This document shows positions 9,114-16,793 of a DNA stretch of 36,504 nt, in pieces. Numbering within the stretch: the stretch's first letter is position 1; each line of letters begins with the position of its first letter. This stretch comes from Minisyncoccota bacterium (GTDB lineage: Bacteria > Patescibacteriota > Minisyncoccia > Phycocordibacterales > CAINVO01): the NCBI GenBank assembly GCA_028714275.1, contig JAQTMP010000002.1, positions 1 to 36,504 on the forward strand, written 5' to 3'. The position numbers and the translations under genes are program-made. The notes beneath the pieces are model-generated. The model was not told the origin of the DNA and ran no database searches. It was given only the letters and a program-made list of their open reading frames with translations.

Positions 9114-9228
9114 AACAAAATCCTCCACCTACTTGACGGAAACTTGCGCAGGCGCGTCGGCGCCGAGCAGAGCAGAAAAGTCAGCAGACTTTTACGCGTG
9201 TTCCGGAAAGTAGGTGGAGGATTTTGTT
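9114..9228 (+). repeat. structured palindromic element, copy A
   Basis: A 21-bp perfect outer stem (9114-9134 / 9208-9228) encloses GGCGC-GTCG-GCGCC, GAGCAGAGCAG and AAAAGTC-AGCA-GACTTTT. It is homologous to 16485-16641 and 16665-16781. Confidence 0.75.
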
Positions 9229-9233
9229 TACTA

Positions 9234-10340
9234 CTATTTCACAAAGCCTAGTGCCATCTTCTGTTCTTTTGGATCAAAAAGATTGATTTTGAAACTATAG
9301 CTTTTACCGAGTTCGATGGTTTCTCGAAGCTTGGCTTCAGTGCCAAATTCTGATACATGTACAAGTCCAGCCACACCTTCTTCGATACTAGCCAGAGCTC
9401 CGTGTTTGTTGAACTTAATCACTACACCGGTGACGACATCATCTTTTTTATATTTCTTACTTGCAGCCTTCCAAGGGTTTTCTTTGAGGGCTTTGATGGA
9501 AAGGGAAATTTTGCCATCTTTAATTTCGATAATTTTTACTTTTACCTTATCTCCGACTTTAAAGAGGGCGCGAGGATCTTCGACGAGCGCCCAGTCAATC
9601 TCTGAAATATGGACTAGGCCTTCGAGACCTTCCTCAAGTTTTACAAAGACTCCGAAATCTACCATGCCAGTGACATTTCCTTCGACTTCATCGCCGACAG
9701 CATATTTGCCCACGATTTTTTCCTTGTCTTTCTGCTCAGGATTTTTTTCTGAGAAAATAAGCTTGCCTTCTTTTGGAGAAGCGGAAATAATGACTACGGA
9801 AATACGCTTGCCGAGAAGTTTTTTGAGCTCGTCCAGGATTTTATCTTTATCGCCGTCAAGGACTCGAGGGTAGTGGTCGCTCTTGAGCTGAGAAGCAGGC
9901 AAAAATCCCTGGATACCTTGCCATGAGAGGATAAGACCACCCTTGTTGGCCTCGACGACGGGAAGATCGAAAGCGGTTTTCAAACGGATAGCTTCTTCGG
10001 CTTCACTCCAGATGAGGGCTTGTTTAGCTTCTTTTAGAGAGAGCTCAATATAGCCTTCGGGGTGATCATAGCCAACAACCTTGGCGGCGATGCTATCTCC
10101 TATATTTACTTTTTTAATAATATCGCGGGCGTTGATATATTCACGGCCGTAAATAATACCGGTACCGTATGGGTGCAAGTCCACAAACACACCTTTTTTG
10201 TCGATGGCGATGACAGGACCTTCTACAATGTCAGCCACGCTTGGAGGAGTGACAGTGTCGTTGAGCATCTTGCCCATGGGACTGTCCTTTTTACTGTCCT
10301 TTATGTCCTTAATGGTTTCTTTATCTGCTGTTTTAATCAT
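9234..10340 (-). CDS. rpsA: 30S ribosomal protein S1 (four S1/OB repeats)
   Basis: Repeated S1-domain blocks (GDxVxGxV...FGxFVxL...GLxHxSE), for example VEGNVTGMVDFGVFVKLEEGLEGLVHISEI and VTGVVIKFNKHGALASIEEGVAGLVHVSEF. Confidence 0.9.
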   Translation of the reverse strand: MIKTADKETIKDIKDSKKDSPMGKMLNDTVTPPSVADIVEGPVIAIDKKGVFVDLHPYGTGIIYGREYINARDIIKKVNIGDSIAAKVVGYDHPEGYIELSLKEAKQALIWSEAEEAIRLKTAFDLPVVEANKGGLILSWQGIQGFLPASQLKSDHYPRVLDGDKDKILDELKKLLGKRISVVIISASPKEGKLIFSEKNPEQKDKEKIVGKYAVGDEVEGNVTGMVDFGVFVKLEEGLEGLVHISEIDWALVEDPRALFKVGDKVKVKIIEIKDGKISLSIKALKENPWKAASKKYKKDDVVTGVVIKFNKHGALASIEEGVAGLVHVSEFGTEAKLRETIELGKSYSFKINLFDPKEQKMALGFVK

Positions 10341-10346
10341 ATATGG

Positions 10347-10409
10347 TTAGAGCCACAAGGTTCGCATGAAAGTCTGTCATAACACAATGCGAGGTTACTT
10401 GTGGCTAAA
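10347..10409 (-). promoter_or_regulatory. nested hairpin in the rpsA 5' leader
   Basis: AGCCACAAG (10351-10359) pairs with CTTGTGGCT (10398-10406), and inner TCGCAT (10362-10367) pairs with ATGCGA (10387-10392). It ends about 7 nt upstream of the rpsA ATG, and no SD is visible. Confidence 0.3.
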
Positions 10410-10454
10410 CTATTAATAATGGAGACAATATATATTAAAAGGGATATTTTTGCA

Positions 10455-10497
10455 ATTAAAATACAAACCCCCGACCAGCAAACCTGGTCGGGGGGGG
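10455..10497 (-). terminator. intrinsic terminator of the glycosylase-like gene
   Basis: An 11-bp stem, CCCCCGACCAG (10468-10478) with CTGGTCGGGGG (10484-10494). On the minus strand it is followed by TTTGTATTTTAAT. Confidence 0.75.
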
Positions 10498-10504
10498 ATT
10501 CAAC

Positions 10505-11845
10505 TCAAATCAGCATCACCTCGGTCTCGCTGCCCACACCGTTTGTTCCATCCTTTCCAATAAACTGAAGCGCCTGCTCTTTGGCGGCCTGTTTGTCCCA
10601 TTCACTGGTCGGGACTTTGATAGGCACCTCCGATAGATTGAAAAGAAGAACATCCGTTTCCGGCGTAGATCTATAGCGGAGCCGAAGCTGGCCTCCGAGA
10701 TAGTATGGAGCCGACGGCACCGCAAACTTGCAACTGTCCGCCACGGGACACATCCGACAGGAGCGGTCGTAAGCTGCAAGCTGAGCTTCGCCCCAGGTCG
10801 GCGCCACGTGGAGGACACGCGACTTCCTTCCAGGACTTTTGGTGGCATTTTCAAACAACGCCAATCCATCTTCCGGTCTGGGTTTGTGCCCCAATTGCTT
10901 CTTCCGATTGGTCCGGAGCTTTTGCTGCTCCTTTCTTTTCTCGGATTTGTCCGGAGTCTGACTTTCGTTGTCCGGATGCCACGAACACATGGCTCTTGAG
11001 AAAAGCCAAAGGGCATCACAGAGCTCGACCATGTCGATCTTGCTTTGCTCGCAGTAGCTTTGAGCGGCTTCTCTCGCAGTGCTGAGCAGCTGGGGAGAAA
11101 ACACATTGTCACCTACCTGCATGTTCCAGTTTGGCTTGATGATCTCGTTTGAGAGCAACATCCTGAGGACATGAAAGTCCACAGGCACCGGAATGGTGTG
11201 TCGATCGACCAGGTTTGTCTCAGCCAAGAAGTAAGTAATCATGCTGACCATCTTGTGCTGAAAACCCAGAAAGCCGTTTGGCGAACTGAGTTTAAACTTG
11301 CCGCTGTTGGCGATGCGATCAACTAGGTCATCAAATGAATTGACCTGATCAAACAAGCGTCGTGGATCAGATTGCCAAAACTTGTGAAGTTTGATGGCAT
11401 TTAAAATCCAAAAACGGGCGTTTTCCTCGTGGCTGAAGCCTAATCCGTGCGCCTGGAGCTCACTTCTGAGCTCCTGATAAACTTTCTCCTTGGTCAACAG
11501 GGCAATCAGCTTTGGGCCGTAGGGAATCTCCCCATTTTTGAGGGCCAGATTCCGTATTTTTTTGACCAGGTAGCCCGGAACAAACAAATACGGCTTCCTT
11601 TCATGGATGAGGGTGAGCTGTTGCACGGCGACCTTGCTATCAATGCCTCCGCGCATGTAGTAGCAGACGGTCCACAAGAAAACGGCATGTTCAGAGCCGC
11701 CAAAAATCAAGTTGTCGGGCATGTTTTGCCTGATCTGGGGCGGAGTGCTGTGATCGAAAGGGTGTTGCTTGACGCGAAGCCTAGCAATCAACCTATCAAA
11801 AACCGCAAAAGCCCGTTTCCAATCGATAACGTAAGAATATTGCAT
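10505..11845 (-). CDS. HhH-GPD / endonuclease III-like [4Fe-4S] DNA glycosylase homolog with a 75-aa insertion in the Fe-S cluster loop
   Basis: By-eye alignment to E. coli Nth: GFQHKMVSMITYFL matches GVGRKTANVVLNTAF (Lys kept), VPVDFHVLRML matches IAVDTHIFRVC (Asp kept), and ALWLFSRAMC matches HHWLILHGRYTC. Downstream comes C-X75-C-X2-C-X5-C (CRMCPVADSC). The preferred start is the ATG at 11845, with AGGAGG 6 nt upstream; the track start at 11902 is a TTG. Confidence 0.6.
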   Translation of the reverse strand: MQYSYVIDWKRAFAVFDRLIARLRVKQHPFDHSTPPQIRQNMPDNLIFGGSEHAVFLWTVCYYMRGGIDSKVAVQQLTLIHERKPYLFVPGYLVKKIRNLALKNGEIPYGPKLIALLTKEKVYQELRSELQAHGLGFSHEENARFWILNAIKLHKFWQSDPRRLFDQVNSFDDLVDRIANSGKFKLSSPNGFLGFQHKMVSMITYFLAETNLVDRHTIPVPVDFHVLRMLLSNEIIKPNWNMQVGDNVFSPQLLSTAREAAQSYCEQSKIDMVELCDALWLFSRAMCSWHPDNESQTPDKSEKRKEQQKLRTNRKKQLGHKPRPEDGLALFENATKSPGRKSRVLHVAPTWGEAQLAAYDRSCRMCPVADSCKFAVPSAPYYLGGQLRLRYRSTPETDVLLFNLSEVPIKVPTSEWDKQAAKEQALQFIGKDGTNGVGSETEVMLI

Positions 11846-12076
11846 CTGACGCCTCCTTTCTGTTGGATGTTGTATGTCATGGTGCTTATTGTTCTGAGGC
11901 AACGATACGCGTTTAAATTTTGTTTGTAAAGAGCCTCTTCCTCTTTGTCAGTTTTTATTTTTTAATATGTTGTCCACAGGCTTTTACACTGTTTTTAAAA
12001 ATTATTTTTGACAAATGAAGGTACAATAAAATCAGAATAAAAAATAGCTCAAAACCCAACTGGAAAGGAGGGTAAA

Positions 12077-12919
12077 GTGAAAAGATTAACAATCAGAAAT
12101 ACGGGCAGATCTTTATCTGGCAGGAATTTTTATGCCGCGGCCAATCAAGTGATTGAAGTGGTCGCCAGCTTCGGTGAAGAGCTGTGTGCCAAGATCACCG
12201 GCGGAGAAGTTGTCTCGACAGACCAGGACTATGCATCCTTTGCGGATGTGTTTGTCGAGGATCATAGCCTCGCAGTCCAAGTCAAGATGTGCAACCATCG
12301 TCATGCGCATCGGCCGACAATCTCCCAGGTCGTCACTCTTCACGAGCAGGTAAAGGAAGTCAGCTTTTTGGTAAACGTTATGCACGGCGTTTACGCCCTC
12401 GTTTTTTATGGGGGAGTTGGTCTAGGGGGTATCAATCGGGGCAAGTCCAAGATTCTGAGTAGGAAGCTTGGGCGTGAAGGTAAAAAAGTTGTAATTGGTC
12501 GGGAGCTTCAGTACATATATTTCATCGACGTCGAGTTGATGAACTACCTTGCCACAGAAAAGGCTTACGAACATCTTCGCAAGTCTGGCAAAGTCAAAGT
12601 GTGTGCGGAACGAAAGCTCTACTCCAAGATTGACAAGACCGTCCTGTACTTGAATCGGACTTTCCTGCAAGGTTTTGTGGGACAGCCAGTCCAACAGACT
12701 TACAGGGATATGCTCGATGCAAGTTTGGGAAGCGGTGACTGGAGGATCAGAAAGGAGAAAATTAATCTCCGGTTCACCACCTCAGTGGGTCTTGTCCGAA
12801 AGGCTCTGCCCATCATCATGGTGGGTTCAAGGGAGGTCGTCAAAAGCCTCCGAAAAATGGTCAGAAAAGCTGACGGCATCAAAATCCCGTTGGCTAATGG
12901 CAACCAGCCACATTTGTAA
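12077..12919 (+). CDS. hypothetical protein, possible PD-(D/E)xK-fold nuclease (D...QxK variant)
   Basis: GTG start with AGGAGG (12066-12071) 5 nt upstream. The N-terminal region contains IEVV (E27) ... FADVFVEDHSLAVQVK (D57-X10-Q68-V-K70) on predicted beta strands. This is a motif-level guess only. Confidence 0.35.
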   Translation: MKRLTIRNTGRSLSGRNFYAAANQVIEVVASFGEELCAKITGGEVVSTDQDYASFADVFVEDHSLAVQVKMCNHRHAHRPTISQVVTLHEQVKEVSFLVNVMHGVYALVFYGGVGLGGINRGKSKILSRKLGREGKKVVIGRELQYIYFIDVELMNYLATEKAYEHLRKSGKVKVCAERKLYSKIDKTVLYLNRTFLQGFVGQPVQQTYRDMLDASLGSGDWRIRKEKINLRFTTSVGLVRKALPIIMVGSREVVKSLRKMVRKADGIKIPLANGNQPHL

Positions 12920-12928
12920 ATCAAAGGT

Positions 12929-12980
12929 CCGAGTAGCTCATGTCACCACACATGCGCTGCTCGGCCTTTTTCTTTTCTCA
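12929..12980 (+). terminator. intrinsic terminator after the nuclease-like gene
   Basis: CCGAGTAGC (12929-12937) pairs with GCTGCTCGG (12956-12964, one G-U) and is followed by CCTTTTTCTTTTCTC. Confidence 0.65.
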
Positions 12981-13029
12981 TCCTTTTTCTCTTTTCTTGG
13001 CCAGAAGTCTATGCTACAATATCCCCACT

Positions 13030-13698
13030 ATGGTCATCACTTATCAAGGTTTAGAGTGCTTCAAGCTCCAATTTGGAGACCTCACGGTGGTGACCAATCC
13101 ACCGGCTAGAGACTCCGTTTTTAAAACCTCCAAGTTCGGGGCTGATGTGGTTCTGCAAACGGTCCTCGACGAAGATATGGCTGGAGGCGAGGACTATTCC
13201 TATGGAGACAAAAAGCCCTTTATTATCAATGGACCTGGTGAATATGAAACTCGGGGCGTTTTTATTCGAGGTTTTCCTTCAGTGTCAAAATACCATTCTG
13301 CTAACGATAAAACAGATAGTGACGAAGGTGAATCAATCAACACTATATATACTTTCCAAATAGACGGAATCAATCTCTGTTTTCTGGGCGCCCTCGGGTC
13401 CACTGATCTGAAGCCAGAGACAGTGGAGGGCATCGATACGGTGGATATTCTTTTTGTGCCAATAGGCGGAGAGGGGGTGCTGACAGCCGCAGAAGCTTAC
13501 AAACTAGGCGTCAAGCTTGAAGCTAAACTCATTATTCCTATGCATTACGAAGGGACCAATGGAAAAATAAAAGAAGAGGCGCTTAAAACTTTTTTGAAGG
13601 AAGCAGGGGAATCAGCCGCTCCGACGGACAAACTCACTATCAAGAAAAAAGATTTGGAAGGTAAAGAAGGTGACGTGGTAGTGCTTTCAAAGGTATAA
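13030..13698 (+). CDS. MBL-fold metal-dependent hydrolase (UPF0173-like)
   Basis: MVITYQGLECFKLQF...VVTNPP, DILFVPIGGEGVLTAAEA and IIPMHY are typical of this small beta-lactamase-fold family. The track N-terminus (12940-13029) runs through the preceding terminator, so the ATG at 13030 is preferred. Confidence 0.7.
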   Translation: MVITYQGLECFKLQFGDLTVVTNPPARDSVFKTSKFGADVVLQTVLDEDMAGGEDYSYGDKKPFIINGPGEYETRGVFIRGFPSVSKYHSANDKTDSDEGESINTIYTFQIDGINLCFLGALGSTDLKPETVEGIDTVDILFVPIGGEGVLTAAEAYKLGVKLEAKLIIPMHYEGTNGKIKEEALKTFLKEAGESAAPTDKLTIKKKDLEGKEGDVVVLSKV

Positions 13699-13734
13699 TG
13701 TAAACTAAAATAGTAATGAGTAAAAAGTAAAAAA

Positions 13735-13971
13735 ATGCAAAATTTTATTAAAAAATTACATGAAAAGCCTGAGTCGTATCGTCACATGGTGGCGCTCGGT
13801 GTCAGTTTCGGGGTGACCATTTTGATTTTTGGGATCTGGCTGCATTCTTTTATTGCTGGTTTGTCTTCAAATCAAGCTTTGGCTGGGGTGGCCGCTGCCA
13901 ACCCTCTATCCGCTTTGGGAGAGACTATTAGTCAGGGTTATCAAAACAGTCAAAATAGTTCACAAAAATAA
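13735..13971 (+). CDS. hypothetical single-TM mini-protein (78 aa)
   Basis: One clear TM helix (MVALGVSFGVTILIFGIWLHSFIAGL). It is tightly placed upstream of gyrA. Confidence 0.45.
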   Translation: MQNFIKKLHEKPESYRHMVALGVSFGVTILIFGIWLHSFIAGLSSNQALAGVAAANPLSALGETISQGYQNSQNSSQK

Positions 13972-13977
13972 ACGCAT

Positions 13978-16473
13978 ATGCCAAAAAATTCCGCGGAAAA
14001 TCCGAAACATCAGAATGAAAATAATTTGCGTGTCCAAGGTATTGGCAGCGAGCAGATTTCTCCTCGCAACCTGACTATCGAAATGAAAGAGTCGTATATA
14101 GACTACGCTATGTCAGTGATCACGGAGCGTGCCTTGCCTGATGTACGTGACGGACTCAAGCCGGTACATAGACGTATTTTGTATGCCATGCATGAGCGCG
14201 GCCTGACTTCTTCAGCCAAGTTTCGTAAATCAGCCTTCGTAGTCGGTGAAGTGATGGGAAATTATCACCCTCATGGAGACGCGTCTATTTATGATGCACT
14301 TGTAAACATGGCGCAGGATTTTTCCTTGCGCTATCCGCTCGTCTTTGGTCAAGGAAACTTTGGAAACATTGACGGAGACTCAGCGGCGGCTATGCGTTAT
14401 ACCGAAGCTCGCATGGCTCGGATCACTTCAGAGCTTTTGCGAGATATTGAAAAACAGACAGTCGACTATCGTCCCAATTATGACGGTTCACGCAAAGAGC
14501 CGACTGTCTTGCCGACGGCGGTGCCCAATCTCTTGCTCAACGGTGTCCTCGGTATCGCCGTCGGCATGGCCACCAACATTCCTCCGCACAATCTCGGTGA
14601 GCTTGTGGATGCGACCGCTCATCTACTCGCCAATAAAGACGCTACTACTGACGACTTGCTCCAGTTTGTCAAAGGTCCGGATTTTCCTACAGGCGGTGTG
14701 ATCTATGGAGAAAAAGACATTGCGCATGCCTATATCCACGGTCGTGGCGGCGTGGTGGTGCGCGGAGAAGCTGAAATTGTTGAAGACAAAGTAGGCCATT
14801 CAAAAATTATCATCACGTCAATCCCATACCGTGTCAACAAATCTTCCTTGATGGAATCCATCGCTGAGCTTGTGCGCGAGAAAAAACTCGAAGGCATCAA
14901 AGACCTGAGAGATGAATCCACCAAGGACATTCGCATTGCTATCGAGCTCAAGAGTGGCAGCTATCCTCAAAATGTCCTCAACTTTTTATACAAGCACACT
15001 CAGCTTGAAACCACTTTCCATTTCAATATGGTGGCCCTGGTGGACGGAGTTCCTCAGACCCTTTCTCTCAAGAGCTGTCTCGAAGAGTTCATCGGCCACC
15101 GAAAAGTAGTCATTCGTCGTCGCACGGAATTTGATCTCGCTAAGGCTAAAGCCCGCGAACATATTTTACTTGGTTTGAAAAAAGCGCTTGATCATATCGA
15201 CGCCATCATCAAGCTGATCAAAGCTTCAAAAGATACTCCGACCGCTCACCTCAACTTGATGAAGGAATTTAAGTTTTCTGATTTACAGGCGGCGGCGATC
15301 CTCGATATGAAGCTCCAGCGTCTCGCCGGCCTTGAGCGCAAAAAAATCGAGGAAGAGCTCAAAGCCATGCAGCTTTTGATTTCGGACCTCGAAGATATTT
15401 TGAAAAATACCAAGCGTATCCCAGCTATTATCAAAGACGAGCTCGCCGAAGTCCGCGCTAAATACGCTGATGTTCGCAAGACTCGGGTGGTCAAGCATCA
15501 TGCCAAGAATTTTTCGGTAGAGGATTTGATCCCTGATGAGGAAAGCGTGCTAGTCCTCACTTCTGGCGGCTACATCAAACGGACTGATCCAGATGAATAT
15601 CGCAAACAAAAGCGCGGAGGAGTGGGTGTCGTAGATCTTGATACCAAAGAAGAAGACTTTATCACTCACTTTTTGACGGCGTCAGCCCACAGTGATTTGC
15701 TTTTCTTTACTGATAAAGGCAAAGCCTATCAGATCAAGATGTATGATATTCCGGAAGGCAAGCGAGCCACTCGAGGCAAGTCCATTATGAATTTCCTCGC
15801 TCTTTCAGCTGAAGAAAAAATTACTTCCATCCTGCCCATGCCAAAAGAGATTAAAAAGGGTAGCGAGCTATCGCTCTTCTTGGTGACCAAAAATGGCACA
15901 GGCAAAAAAGTGGCCGCCGAAAGTTTTCACGATGTTCGTCGCAGCGGCATCATTGCCATCCGTCTCGATGCCGGCGATGACCTAGTCTCAGCTTCATTTG
16001 TGGAAAAAGGCGACGACATGATCGTGGTCAGTTCTGATGCACAGTCGATTCGTTTCAAGGAGTCAGACGTGCGTGAAATGGGACGAGGGGCCGGAGGTGT
16101 GCGCGTGATGAAAATTGATAAAGGTGAACATGTGGTGGGAGCTAATGTCATTAAAAAAACTACCGCGGGTGACGCCAGTATTTTGACCGTTTCTGGCAAT
16201 GGCTATGGCAAGAAAACTCCTCTCAAAGAATACAAAACCCAAAACCGTGGCGGCTCGGGCATCAAAACTTCCAAAGTGACTCCAAAGACTGGCGCTCTTA
16301 TTGCAGCTATCATCGTCACTCCCGAGCTCGAAGAAGCCGTGGCTATTTCTAAAAAATCCCAGGTCATCCGTTGCGGTCTCGGTGAAATCGCGACCCTAGG
16401 ACGCGATACTCAAGGTGTGCGTATTATGAAGCTCCGAGAAGGAGACGGTATAGCATCATTAATTTGTCTATAG
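13978..16473 (+). CDS. gyrA: DNA gyrase subunit A
   Basis: [29 protein letters not shown], active-site Tyr in [10 protein letters not shown], and C-terminal beta-pinwheel repeats. Confidence 0.95.
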   Translation: MPKNSAENPKHQNENNLRVQGIGSEQISPRNLTIEMKESYIDYAMSVITERALPDVRDGLKPVHRRILYAMHERGLTSSAKFRKSAFVVGEVMGNYHPHGDASIYDALVNMAQDFSLRYPLVFGQGNFGNIDGDSAAAMRYTEARMARITSELLRDIEKQTVDYRPNYDGSRKEPTVLPTAVPNLLLNGVLGIAVGMATNIPPHNLGELVDATAHLLANKDATTDDLLQFVKGPDFPTGGVIYGEKDIAHAYIHGRGGVVVRGEAEIVEDKVGHSKIIITSIPYRVNKSSLMESIAELVREKKLEGIKDLRDESTKDIRIAIELKSGSYPQNVLNFLYKHTQLETTFHFNMVALVDGVPQTLSLKSCLEEFIGHRKVVIRRRTEFDLAKAKAREHILLGLKKALDHIDAIIKLIKASKDTPTAHLNLMKEFKFSDLQAAAILDMKLQRLAGLERKKIEEELKAMQLLISDLEDILKNTKRIPAIIKDELAEVRAKYADVRKTRVVKHHAKNFSVEDLIPDEESVLVLTSGGYIKRTDPDEYRKQKRGGVGVVDLDTKEEDFITHFLTASAHSDLLFFTDKGKAYQIKMYDIPEGKRATRGKSIMNFLALSAEEKITSILPMPKEIKKGSELSLFLVTKNGTGKKVAAESFHDVRRSGIIAIRLDAGDDLVSASFVEKGDDMIVVSSDAQSIRFKESDVREMGRGAGGVRVMKIDKGEHVVGANVIKKTTAGDASILTVSGNGYGKKTPLKEYKTQNRGGSGIKTSKVTPKTGALIAAIIVTPELEEAVAISKKSQVIRCGLGEIATLGRDTQGVRIMKLREGDGIASLICL

Positions 16474-16484
16474 ACATTCATATC

Positions 16485-16641
16485 AATTCTCTTTCGACAC
16501 ATACACTAAAGCCACACGCATATTTTTCTGCTGAAAAATTGCTCTGCTCGCGCCGTCGTACCACAAGGGCACTTCTTGTTTGATAAATCAAACAATGTCG
16601 CGCTGCGCAAGGTGTTTTAGTGTATGTATCTACAGAGAATT
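16485..16641 (-). repeat. structured palindromic element, copy B (reverse orientation, with an insertion)
   Basis: Outer stem ACATACACTAAA (16499-16510) pairs with TTTAGTGTATGT (16616-16627) and extends imperfectly to 16485/16641. The reverse complement of the interior shares CTTGCGCAG, CGGCGC-GAGCAGAGCA, TCAGCAGA and GCGTGT with copy A. Confidence 0.75.
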
Positions 16642-16664
16642 AAGCTAATTATTTAATATAGTAA

Positions 16665-16781
16665 TTTTCCGTAGACTCATACACCTAAAAGAGACTCACG
16701 GAGGACGACGGTCCGAGTGTGAGGAAAAAAGTCAGTAGACTTTTTATCCGTGCTCTTTTAGGTGTATGAGTCGAAGGAAAA
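16665..16781 (+). repeat. structured palindromic element, copy C
   Basis: A 20-bp perfect stem, GACTCATACACCTAAAAGAG (16674-16693) with CTCTTTTAGGTGTATGAGTC (16753-16772), plus TTTTCC/GGAAAA. The interior is CACGGA-GGAC-GACG-GTCC-GAGTGTGAGG-AAAAAGTC-AGTA-GACTTTTT-A-TCCGTG. Confidence 0.75.
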
Positions 16782-16793
16782 TTGGTATATAAT

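Noticed and set aside
9135-9207. Possibility that palindromic element copy A is the SRP (4.5S) RNA, because of its AGCA-containing hairpins
   Set aside because: It lacks the conserved GGAA tetraloop and the domain IV symmetric/asymmetric loop pattern. It occurs in three diverged copies, one with a 45-nt insertion, which does not fit a single-copy SRP RNA.
9316-9873. 185-aa ORF opposite rpsA
   Set aside because: It is a Ser/Thr/Pro-rich antisense translation of the S1 gene.
10516-11929. Alternative-frame ORFs inside the glycosylase-like gene (198, 126, 63, 160 and 65 aa)
   Set aside because: GC-rich DNA keeps several frames open. Only the 446-aa frame has an SD, a terminator and recognisable HhH, Asp and Cys motifs.
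12940-13029. N-terminal 30 codons of the track ORF for the MBL-fold hydrolase
   Set aside because: This stretch coincides with the terminator hairpin and T-run of the upstream gene. Family homology begins at MVITYQG (13030).
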